Origin: Anaerolineae bacterium | Lineage (GTDB): Bacteria > Chloroflexota > Anaerolineae > Anaerolineales > E44-bin32 | Direction: 5' to 3' | Length of the DNA stretch: 64,000 bases | Assembly (NCBI GenBank): GCA_011192015.1 | Contig: DUET01000025.1 | Location: forward strand, 18,539 to 82,538 | In this document: positions 9,406 through 17,599 of the stretch, piece by piece | How positions within the stretch are numbered: position 1 is the first letter of the stretch | Layout of the letters: each line of letters begins with the position of its first letter | The notes under the pieces: generated by a model | What the model was told of the DNA's origin: nothing | The model's database searches: none | What the model saw: only the letters and a program-made list of their open reading frames with translations | Translations under genes and position numbers: made by a program

Positions 9406-10884
9406 CTAGATACCAAACCAGCGCGGGTGGTCAGCGATCTTGATGTTGTCGAGGACGATGTGCAGGAATGTGCGCGTCACCGTGATGGCTGTGAACAAGC
9501 TTACGAGCACGCCCAAGGCCAGGGTTAGGGAGAAGCCCTTGACGATGCTGGCGCCGAAGGTGTTCCCAAACCAGTACAGGATGCCGCACGTGATGAGCGT
9601 GGAAAGATTGGAATCACGGATCGACGGCCAGGCGCGTGAGAAGCCGAGATCAATTGCCTGACGCAGGCGAAGCCCGGAACGGAGCTCTTCTTTCATGCGT
9701 TCGAAGATGAGCACGTTGGCGTCCACGGCCACGCCGAGGGATAGCACGAAGCCGGCAATGCCCGGCAGGGTCAGCGTCACGGGTATGAGTTTGAACAGAG
9801 AGAAGGTGATCACAGCGTACACGAGCAGGGCAAGGTCGGCAAGCAAACCGGGCAGGCGGTAGTAGAGCGCCATGAAGACCATCACCACCAGAAGCCCCAC
9901 AAAGCCGGCGATGGTGCTCTTACGCAAAGAGTCCTGACCCAATGTGGGCCCGACGCTCTTGGTTTCCACTGTTACGAGCGCAACCGGGAGGGAACCATAG
10001 CGCAAGGTGACCGCCAGGTTGTTGGCTTCTTCGGCCGAGAATTGTCCTTCGATGTATCCGCTTCCTGTGGTGATGGGGGTGCTGATCTTCGGGGCGGCAA
10101 TGAGGCGCTTATCGAGCACAATGCCGAGGATTTCGCCAACATGGTTGGTGGTGTAATCACCAAAAATGTCGCTTCCTTCATCGGTGAGATCGAAGGCGAC
10201 GATGAGTTCATTGGTTGTCTGATCGCGACTCACATAGGCGTTCTTGATGATTGCCCCAGTCATCACCGTGGTATAGACAGGGGTGGTGGGAGCGGGGCTC
10301 TCCGTTGGCTCTGCAGATCCCTCGCCGGTAACGGGTGTCGGCTCTGCGGTGGCTTCTGGAGCACCGGGTATCACGAAACCAGGAGAGGTTTCGGGAGTTG
10401 GTGTGGGTTGCGCTGAGTCGTCGTCGGTCTCCGTTTCCGGGACTCTGCCGGTTAGGTAATCCGTTTCGACGATCGTTCCGCTGGGAATGAATTCATTGGC
10501 CGGGATCTGGATGAATTCCAGAAGCCCGGTTTCCTTGATCACGCCCACAGCATCTTCTGGATTGCCAATTCCGGGCAACTCGACCAGAATGCGGTTCGAT
10601 CCTGCAACCTGAACGAGCGGCTCGCTGACACCCAGGGCGTTCACACGTCGCTCGATGATGTCACGCGCGGTCTGCATCTGTTCGGCCGACACGTCCTCGC
10701 CAGGCGGCAGATCGGCCTCCAACAGTACCTGGAGCCCTCCCTGCAAATCCAAACCTTGCACGATTTTGATATCTCGATGGTAGGAGCCGATGTGAATGCC
10801 GGGGTTGGTAGGTAGAACCACCCAAATCGCAGCGGCGACGATGATCAAGATTGGAATGAGCCAACGGGTGTAGCTTCGAGACAT
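9406..10884 (-). CDS. secD: Protein translocase subunit SecD
   Basis: 492 aa. The conserved C-terminal TM bundle includes GIAGFVLSLGVAVDANVLIFER. The periplasmic head carries a Pro/Thr/Glu-rich insertion. Confidence 0.9.
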   Translation of the reverse strand: MSRSYTRWLIPILIIVAAAIWVVLPTNPGIHIGSYHRDIKIVQGLDLQGGLQVLLEADLPPGEDVSAEQMQTARDIIERRVNALGVSEPLVQVAGSNRILVELPGIGNPEDAVGVIKETGLLEFIQIPANEFIPSGTIVETDYLTGRVPETETDDDSAQPTPTPETSPGFVIPGAPEATAEPTPVTGEGSAEPTESPAPTTPVYTTVMTGAIIKNAYVSRDQTTNELIVAFDLTDEGSDIFGDYTTNHVGEILGIVLDKRLIAAPKISTPITTGSGYIEGQFSAEEANNLAVTLRYGSLPVALVTVETKSVGPTLGQDSLRKSTIAGFVGLLVVMVFMALYYRLPGLLADLALLVYAVITFSLFKLIPVTLTLPGIAGFVLSLGVAVDANVLIFERMKEELRSGLRLRQAIDLGFSRAWPSIRDSNLSTLITCGILYWFGNTFGASIVKGFSLTLALGVLVSLFTAITVTRTFLHIVLDNIKIADHPRWFGI

Positions 10885-11100
10885 GGGATCGCATTCCTCC
10901 GGAGGTCATGAAAAACCAGCCGCTCCTCGGCTGCAATTGCCGGAGGGCTGGCGAGGCGATTATACCCGCGAAGCAGGAAGCTGTCCAATTCGTACTTTCC
11001 GGCCGCGTGGGAAACTCGTGATTTGGGATCCAGGCATGCTGCTGGGGCTGTTTCTCGAAAGGGATTTCGGAGCAGGCTGCCGAGGGGAGCCTCCAGGATG

Positions 11101-11469
11101 CTAGATCAAGCCCTCCAGGGCTTGTACGGCGTGGGTGAGGATCTCATCCGGTGTAAGACCGTCGGTAAGAATGTAGATCTCACAATACTCACGCGCGTGC
11201 CGGAGACGATGGATTTGCTCGGCGTGATCCTTGAGGTTCCAATCCAGTCGTTTCCGTTGGTTGCAAGATTCGAAGGATGCATCCAAATAGATCAGGATAT
11301 CCGGTTTGGATACCACCTGCCACATATTGGGAACGTAGGAGTGTTCTTGTGCGATTTGATGGGCGTTGAAATGCCTTGCGCTCAACCCAGCGGCGAGCGT
11401 CGATTTTCCCGCTCCACACGGACCGACGATGGCGATGCGCGGGTGTGATGGTTCTACCGCACCGGGCAT
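11101..11469 (-). CDS. Small P-loop NTPase/kinase-like protein
   Basis: 122 aa. Walker A GPCGAGKST near the N-terminus and a hydrophobic strand ending in D (ILIYLD). Confidence 0.6.
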   Translation of the reverse strand: MPGAVEPSHPRIAIVGPCGAGKSTLAAGLSARHFNAHQIAQEHSYVPNMWQVVSKPDILIYLDASFESCNQRKRLDWNLKDHAEQIHRLRHAREYCEIYILTDGLTPDEILTHAVQALEGLI

Positions 11470-11487
11470 CTTTACTCCATTGCGAAA

Positions 11488-12189
11488 CTACAGAGGCATG
11501 CTCACAGTTAGAAGACGGTTTTGTTTTTCGCTGCGAGGCAACACGGTACCGACGAGCACGCTGATGTCGTCACTGGGACGTCCGTCATCGAGCTCCACAG
11601 CCACATCGAGAAGGTGATTCGCCCACAGCAGCGGATCCACGAATTCATCGTCGAGCAATTCCTGCACGCAACCGATGATTTGCATGGGCCGTCCCCGCCT
11701 ATCGCCGGCATGGACGAGCCCGTCGGTGAATACGATCGCTGTGAGACCCAGATTCAACGGAACCTCACAGATCGAAGGGCGAATGTTCTGACGTGATCCG
11801 ACGGCTTCCGATGGAGAATCCAAGGTACGAATCTTGCTATCATCGATGAGTACGACCGGAGCGGGATTGTTGCGTGTGATCACCAGGCTGCGACTGGCAA
11901 GATCGACGGAAAGGATGTTCAGCGTAGCCACGACCTTGCCTGAGCGGTACGTGAACAAATAATCCGATGCCGCGCGCGCTGCAGCCCCATCGCGAACGCC
12001 ATCCGCCAACAGACTGATGGCTTTGCGCGTGACGACATTGGAGATTGCCTTTGCCGATTTGCCGGATCGCTGGCCATCGGCGAGGACAAAGGACAGACCT
12101 CCGGACGGACGCTCGATCATCTCCAGCGTATCGCCGCTTTCGGATGTGGCGTATTTCCCCACCTTGGCGGCAGCAACTCGAAACTCCAT
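11488..12189 (-). CDS. Stand-alone PP2C/SpoIIE-type serine phosphatase domain protein
   Basis: 233 aa with SGD, ADGQRSG, TDGL and DDISV motifs in the order expected for SpoIIE/PP2C metal ligands. Confidence 0.65.
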   Translation of the reverse strand: MEFRVAAAKVGKYATSESGDTLEMIERPSGGLSFVLADGQRSGKSAKAISNVVTRKAISLLADGVRDGAAARAASDYLFTYRSGKVVATLNILSVDLASRSLVITRNNPAPVVLIDDSKIRTLDSPSEAVGSRQNIRPSICEVPLNLGLTAIVFTDGLVHAGDRRGRPMQIIGCVQELLDDEFVDPLLWANHLLDVAVELDDGRPSDDISVLVGTVLPRSEKQNRLLTVSMPL

Positions 12190-12288
12190 GCACGCTATTC
12201 TACATCTTGCGAATAACCAAGTCCACTCGCCATACGCGATGGCTACATGATCGAGGGAGTTTTCGGTTCTCGAAGGGGATCCGTGTGA

Positions 12289-13320
12289 TCAGTAGATGTG
12301 AACGCGCGTGCCCAATCCGACAGCACTCATCTCAGTGGGGGCGATGAGCGGCAGCGCCCAACGATAGAGCCATTTGGCGTCCTGGTTGCGCATATTGATG
12401 CAACCGTGGCTGAGGGGGCGACCGAAATCGGAATGCCAGTACGTGCCATGGAAAGCCATGCCGTAGGAGTGGAAGAACGACACCCAGGGAACGCCGGGGA
12501 GCTCGTAGGCGAATAGGTTGGAGGTCAAATGACAATTTCCCATGTGCCGCAATGGGAATTTTCGATCCACGACGAAGACACCCGAGGGCGTGATGGTCGG
12601 AATACCGTTGACTCCGGGTTCTGTGTTCGGGATCCCACTGGATATGCGGGTGCGAAAAACCAATCGGCCGGATTCGAAGGCACGCAACTCCTGCTGAGTT
12701 AAGTCCACTTCGATACGTTTTTCGTTCTTGGGAACATCCGGAGAAATGGGAGTGAGTTCGCTGTAGGGAACGCGCCGGAAGTGCTCCGCGCGAGCGAAGT
12801 ATCGGACCTTGAGAATGTCATCCAGCAAGCCATACCATGTTCGACCGTCGGCGCCCTGCACAATCTCTTCGACCCATGCCGTTGACTCGTAGTAAAGGCG
12901 ATAGTAGGGGGTCGATGTGGGGTCCGGCCGGCTATAGGATCGACTGTAGGGAACACAGACTTCGAAGAGCGAACCGCCTTCCCGGATGTAGGTTTCCGGT
13001 TTCTGGGGATTCCATCGTACCGTTTGAATGCAACCCGAATGCACATAGCCATTGGGCGTACGAAACCAGAGCGGGTTGTGGTTGGGGCCATCGTCTGCTC
13101 TTTCGCTGGAGAGCAAAGTCAGCAATTCGTCCCGCCAAATCCAGGCCAGGCGTTTGGATCCGAAGGACGGCTCGCTATAGAGGCCGATCCACGCAATCGT
13201 GACACGCCCCAGACCGATGGGAGATTGCTCGAAGGCTGGAGGCATGGGGCGCATTGCCACAGCGCATGCAGAAAGTGCGCTGATCTTTAGGAAATCACGA
13301 CGTTGGAGTTTGGAGTTCAT
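12289..13320 (-). CDS. L,D-transpeptidase (YkuD fold) with a Tat-type signal peptide
   Basis: N-terminal RRDFLK twin-arginine motif and the C-terminal catalytic HGT...SHGCINM motif. Confidence 0.85.
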   Translation of the reverse strand: MNSKLQRRDFLKISALSACAVAMRPMPPAFEQSPIGLGRVTIAWIGLYSEPSFGSKRLAWIWRDELLTLLSSERADDGPNHNPLWFRTPNGYVHSGCIQTVRWNPQKPETYIREGGSLFEVCVPYSRSYSRPDPTSTPYYRLYYESTAWVEEIVQGADGRTWYGLLDDILKVRYFARAEHFRRVPYSELTPISPDVPKNEKRIEVDLTQQELRAFESGRLVFRTRISSGIPNTEPGVNGIPTITPSGVFVVDRKFPLRHMGNCHLTSNLFAYELPGVPWVSFFHSYGMAFHGTYWHSDFGRPLSHGCINMRNQDAKWLYRWALPLIAPTEMSAVGLGTRVHIY

Positions 13321-13409
13321 GGATTCAGATTACCGAATACCCTCACGTTCTACAATGGTTCATCCTACCCCCTTCTTCGTCATCCTGTGCAGGTTCTCCG
13401 ATCGACTGA

Positions 13410-14063
13410 CTAAGTGATCGCCGTCTCACGGATGTCGATCAAAGCTTCCACGACGGGTTTGACGGCCTTTTCCAGGGCTTTCTTGGTTACACCCGCAACC
13501 TTGAGCGTGACGGATCGATTTTCGGAACTCTCTCCCAGGAATTGACCCATGGCAACAATGTTGCCCTTGATATCTGCAATCGCAGTCGTGAGCTTCATCA
13601 ACTCTCCGGGTGTGTTTCGCAACAAGGCGGTGATTCGTACCCCAGGTTCTCGTGCCCCGAGCAGTTCCAGGAAGATCTTGAACAGATCGGTCTCTGTGAT
13701 GATGCCGACTAATTCCTCTCCACGCATGACGGGAAGACCGCCAATCTTGTGATCTGCCATGATACGGGCGGCTTCTTCAATCGGAGTATCCTCATTGACC
13801 GTGATGACCTCACTCGTCATGACCTCATCAACGGTTATGCGTGTCAGCAGGTAGTTCAACTCCCAAACACTCAGACTGGTCACGTCGGAGGGTTCGGCGT
13901 GCAAGAGATCCCTTTCGGAAACGATGCCGATCATCTTGCCTTGGGGGTTTACGACCGGAAGGCGGCGGATGCTCTCTTGGCGTATCAGTTGGAGGGCATC
14001 GTGAATGGGCATATCGGATTGAACGGTGACAACCGGGTGAGACATGCGTTTTTCAACAAGCAT
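13410..14063 (-). CDS. CBS-pair plus ACT domain protein (AcuB-like)
   Basis: 217 aa with two CBS repeats (RRLPVV, GGLPVM) and an ACT-like C-terminal domain. Confidence 0.75.
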   Translation of the reverse strand: MLVEKRMSHPVVTVQSDMPIHDALQLIRQESIRRLPVVNPQGKMIGIVSERDLLHAEPSDVTSLSVWELNYLLTRITVDEVMTSEVITVNEDTPIEEAARIMADHKIGGLPVMRGEELVGIITETDLFKIFLELLGAREPGVRITALLRNTPGELMKLTTAIADIKGNIVAMGQFLGESSENRSVTLKVAGVTKKALEKAVKPVVEALIDIRETAIT

Positions 14064-14363
14064 GGATTACCTCCTTCATTGTGACAGTTTCATTGTACCC
14101 GCAGATCGATGGAGATGTGACCTGACTTCATGCTTGGAGCCGCATGGTATAATCGCGCTCGTTTTACACGAGGAAGAAACTCCTTCGCCTTGCGTGTTTC
14201 TGGTAGAGATGCTTAAACACGATTCGAACGTGCAGCCATGCAGGTGAGGGTGGTTGTACAACCCGCCTGCGGTTCCGAATCCTGGAAAGGTATGTACTCG
14301 TTTGATGATTCCGTGTGTAACGGTCATGGAGAATGCATAGAATAGAAAGGAAGGCCGCGAAAC

Positions 14364-14945
14364 GTGCGTTTGTTCGTCGCCATCGAATTACCGACTGACC
14401 TTCGCCGTCTTCTGGAGGAGCACAGCGACACACTCTCCTCCATGATCCATACGAGGATCATTCGATGGGTTCGACCTGAGGGCATTCATCTAACCTTGAA
14501 ATTCCTGGGAGATGTTTCCGACGGGAAACTGGAAGCTGTAAAAGCAGCCGTAAGGACCGTCGGACCTCACTTCTCGCCTTTCGAGTACTCCGTAGGAAAT
14601 TTGGGTTGTTTCCCGAACGCACGACGGCCGCGTGTGATTTGGGTTGGTGTGCAGGAGCCGTCAGGGAGGCTGAAAGCTCTCCAGGCCGAGATCGAACAAG
14701 CATACCAAACCCTGGGATTCGAGAAGGAACGGCGGTCCTTCCATCCCCATCTGACCTTGGGGAGGGTCCGTCGTGGAGTGAGCCATGCAGAGCATCAGGC
14801 TGTAGCGGATGCGATCATAAATGTGGCGCCTATCTCCTTGGGAGATTATCGGGTAGAGGAGATCTGTCTCTACCGGAGTGAACTCAAGCCCACAGGAGCT
14901 GTCTACACCAAATTGCTTGTGGTTCGCTTGGAGAAACCATCATGA
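14364..14945 (+). CDS. thpR: RNA 2',3'-cyclic phosphodiesterase / 2'-5' RNA ligase family (2H phosphoesterase)
   Basis: Two H-x-T/S-x motifs (HLTLKF and HLTLGR). GTG start. Confidence 0.85.
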   Translation: MRLFVAIELPTDLRRLLEEHSDTLSSMIHTRIIRWVRPEGIHLTLKFLGDVSDGKLEAVKAAVRTVGPHFSPFEYSVGNLGCFPNARRPRVIWVGVQEPSGRLKALQAEIEQAYQTLGFEKERRSFHPHLTLGRVRRGVSHAEHQAVADAIINVAPISLGDYRVEEICLYRSELKPTGAVYTKLLVVRLEKPS

Positions 14946-15424
14946 CGGTTGTGCGACCAAGAGTAGTATCCTTGATCGGCGGGTCGGCATGCACACCCAG
15001 CCAAGCGCAAGATGCTGAGGCAGTAGGACGTTTGCTGGCTGAAAGGGGTATCATTCTTGTCTGTGGAGGACGAACGGGGGTGATGGAAGCTGCATGTCGA
15101 GGGGCTGTGGAGGTCGGGGGCACTACGATTGGTATCCTCCCAGGAGATTCTCCCTCCGAGGGGAATCCATACTTGACGGTGGCGCTTCCTACCGGGCTTG
15201 GTCATGCACGCAATATGCTGGTTGTCTTGGCTGGAGAAGCCGTGATCGCCATCGGTGGAGGTCCAGGGACCCTTTCGGAGATCGGTTTCGCCTTGAAGGT
15301 TAAGCGCAGAGTGATCGCGCTGGATAGCTGGACTGCATCGGATTTCGCTGGAGACCAAGCGCCCATCCTAACCGCCCAAAGTCCTGAAGATGCGGTGGAA
15401 TTCGCGCTGGCGAAAGAGGTGTGA
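14942..15424 (+). CDS. TIGR00725 / LOG-SLOG family Rossmann protein
   Basis: GGRTGVMEAA and GGGPGTLSE motifs (PGGxGTxxE-like). Its ATG overlaps the thpR stop (ATGA). Confidence 0.7.
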   Translation: MTVVRPRVVSLIGGSACTPSQAQDAEAVGRLLAERGIILVCGGRTGVMEAACRGAVEVGGTTIGILPGDSPSEGNPYLTVALPTGLGHARNMLVVLAGEAVIAIGGGPGTLSEIGFALKVKRRVIALDSWTASDFAGDQAPILTAQSPEDAVEFALAKEV

Positions 15425-15800
15425 ACTGAGTGAACAACCTGAATCGAAAATCGAATCCGCCCGAAAACTAGCGCATGCGATCTTGGACATTCTGGATGAA
15501 ACCAAGGGCGAGGACATCATGATCCTCGACCTGGTTGAGGTGTGCTCATTTACCGACTTCTTCGTCCTCAGCACGGGCAGCACGGAGCGGATGCTGGATG
15601 CCTTGGCAGATACGGTCCGTAGTACCCTGAAGAAGCAGCATGGGCTGGGTGTGGTGAAGATCGAAGGGGATGCGCAAAGTGGTTGGATCCTTCTCGATTA
15701 CGGAAACGTGATCGTGCACCTTTTCTCGCAAGACCTGCGAAAATACTACAACCTCGAGGATCTCTGGCGGGAAGGAAAGATCCTGATACGGATTCAATAA
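15390..15800 (+). CDS. rsfS: Ribosome silencing factor RsfS
   Basis: DFFVLSTGSTERM, WILLDYGNVIVHLF, and YNLEDLW motifs. It overlaps the upstream gene by 35 nt, and no alternative in-frame start is available. Confidence 0.8.
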   Translation: MRWNSRWRKRCELSEQPESKIESARKLAHAILDILDETKGEDIMILDLVEVCSFTDFFVLSTGSTERMLDALADTVRSTLKKQHGLGVVKIEGDAQSGWILLDYGNVIVHLFSQDLRKYYNLEDLWREGKILIRIQ

Positions 15801-15862
15801 GTGCGGAAGCGAACCGCTCGCCTTTGCGAGCGTTGTCTCGATTGGATCTCGAACTATGGTGA

Positions 15863-16174
15863 ATGAAGACGTCAACGCAACCAGCGGAAACCGATAACAA
15901 CAAAAACCTGGAGTATGCCCAAGTGGATGAACAAAAGGTTCGTACCGAGGAATTCCAAGTAAGCGGCGAGAAGCTAGTAGCCAAGATCAAAGAGCTTGTT
16001 CATGAAGGCAACATTCGACGCATCACGATCAAGGATCAAGACGGCAGCACACTGATCGTGATCCCTCTGACCTTGGGTGTGGTTGGCGCCATCATCATCC
16101 CCGTTTGGGCGGCCATTGGTGCCATCGCGGCATTGGTCGCAAACTTGACGATCGTCATCGAACGAATCGAGTAA
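15863..16174 (+). CDS. DUF4342-like small membrane-anchored protein
   Basis: 103 aa. The pattern EEFQVSGEKLVAKIKELVHEGNIRRITIKD is followed by a hydrophobic C-terminal segment. Confidence 0.6.
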   Translation: MKTSTQPAETDNNKNLEYAQVDEQKVRTEEFQVSGEKLVAKIKELVHEGNIRRITIKDQDGSTLIVIPLTLGVVGAIIIPVWAAIGAIAALVANLTIVIERIE

Positions 16175-16327
16175 TAGATCGGCAATACGCGAAGTTGGCT
16201 TCCCGGGCATAAAACGATCTGGGATTCCCGAACTCCATTCCCATGCTCCTAATCCCCTGGCTCCTGGTCAAAGCAGGAAGCAGGGGATTGCTTGTTTCAG
16301 CGGTGATGGACCAAGATGCGAGAAGAA

Positions 16328-17074
16328 TCAGTTATGAGGGCGGTTCCGAAGCCACCATTCTGCCAGCTGCTCTGTGGCTGGTCCCAGCAGGGTTTCATCG
16401 ACATAGGGCGAGAGGGGAGTGGCTTCCATGTTGATCTCGACGAGGCGGGCGCCTGCGTTTCGAGCAACAAGGGGGATGGCTGCCGCAGGGTGCACAATAG
16501 CGGAGGTGCCGATGATGAGCATCAGTCTGGATCGCGCCGCGGCTTGTTGCGCCTTTTGAAGGATTTTGATATCGAGCGACTCGCCAAACCAGACCACGTC
16601 GGGTCTGGCGGGTTCACCGCATGCGGGGCAGGCGGGGACTGGCTCCGGAACGGGAGCGCGTCTGTCTTCCCAACGCTCTTCGCAGGCTGAGCACCGCAGT
16701 CGCCAGATGGAGCCATGCAGTTCCAGGACATTTTGGCTGCCGGCGGCGTAATGTAGGCCGTCAATGTTCTGCGTGATCAACGTGTAGTCGGGGATCAGGT
16801 GCTCGATCTCCGCGAGCGTCTTGTGGGCTTGATTGGGCATGCAATTGGCAACCATCTCGCGCCGCCAATTGTAGAAACGCCAGACCAGTTCCGGATCGCG
16901 CTGGAACGACTCGGGGGTTGCCAGATCCACGGCGCGATACTTTTCCCACAATCCTCCGTCCCCTCGGAAGGTGGGAATGCCGCTCTCTGCTGATATGCCG
17001 GCTCCTGTGAGGACGACGAAGGGCTCGAGGTCTATCCCGGTCATCAAGATGCGCGTCTCGTTCGATCCCGTCAA
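16328..17074 (-). CDS. cobB: NAD-dependent protein deacylase (sirtuin, CobB-like)
   Basis: GAGISAESGIPTFRG, QNIDGLH, Zn ribbon CSAC...CPAC, GTS. Confidence 0.9.
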   Translation of the reverse strand: MTGSNETRILMTGIDLEPFVVLTGAGISAESGIPTFRGDGGLWEKYRAVDLATPESFQRDPELVWRFYNWRREMVANCMPNQAHKTLAEIEHLIPDYTLITQNIDGLHYAAGSQNVLELHGSIWRLRCSACEERWEDRRAPVPEPVPACPACGEPARPDVVWFGESLDIKILQKAQQAAARSRLMLIIGTSAIVHPAAAIPLVARNAGARLVEINMEATPLSPYVDETLLGPATEQLAEWWLRNRPHN

Positions 17075-17538
17075 ACGTTTTCAAAGATCCAGCGGTCTGT
17101 ATCCCGAGACCACTGGATCAGCTCCCTCTCTTGGAACCACAACTCGATCTCCACCTTGGCCGTTTCCTGCCCATCCGAAGCATGGGTCAGGTTTCGACCG
17201 ATCTCGAGAGCGAAATCATGCCGGATGGAGCCTGTTTGCGCCTCGGTTGGGCGTGTGGCGCCCATCGTTTGGCGAACCGCAGCTATGGCTCCGGGTCCCT
17301 CCCACACCATGGCCATGACGGGAGCAGAAGTGATGTAATCAATGAGCCCATCGTAAAAAGGCTTGCCTTTGTGTATGGCATAGTGTTTTTCAGCAAGTTC
17401 GCGATCAACGATCTGAAACTTGGCGGCGATAAGACGCAATCCCCGTCTTTCAAGTCGCCGAATGGTCTCACCGATCAAACCTCGCTGGACACCATCCGGC
17501 TTGACTAGCACGAGCGTTTGTTCCAAGGAGCCCTCCAT
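17071..17538 (-). CDS. ndk: Nucleoside diphosphate kinase
   Basis: TLVLVKPD, RGL...NLTHASD motifs. The internal ATG at 17538 gives a canonical N-terminus. Its stop overlaps the cobB start by 4 nt. Confidence 0.9.
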   Translation of the reverse strand: MEGSLEQTLVLVKPDGVQRGLIGETIRRLERRGLRLIAAKFQIVDRELAEKHYAIHKGKPFYDGLIDYITSAPVMAMVWEGPGAIAAVRQTMGATRPTEAQTGSIRHDFALEIGRNLTHASDGQETAKVEIELWFQERELIQWSRDTDRWIFENV

Positions 17539-17599
17539 CTTAAGGCGAACTCGGGCATGATCCCGAGTTCGGTGATGGTGCATTTCCGGTGGTAAATGC

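Noticed and set aside
8509-9528. 339-aa plus-strand ORF antisense to secF/secD. Similar long antisense ORFs occur at 7341-8129, 24794-25465 and 58311-58856.
   Set aside because: All lie opposite well-supported genes and have acidic/His/Arg-rich low-complexity translations with no start-site signals.
16328-17074. Sir2-domain protein as a possible anti-phage defence effector (Thoeris/DSR-like)
   Set aside because: It is a full CobB-type sirtuin with the Zn ribbon and substrate-binding motifs, about 250 aa. It is translationally coupled to ndk and has no sensor or partner genes, so it is a housekeeping deacylase.
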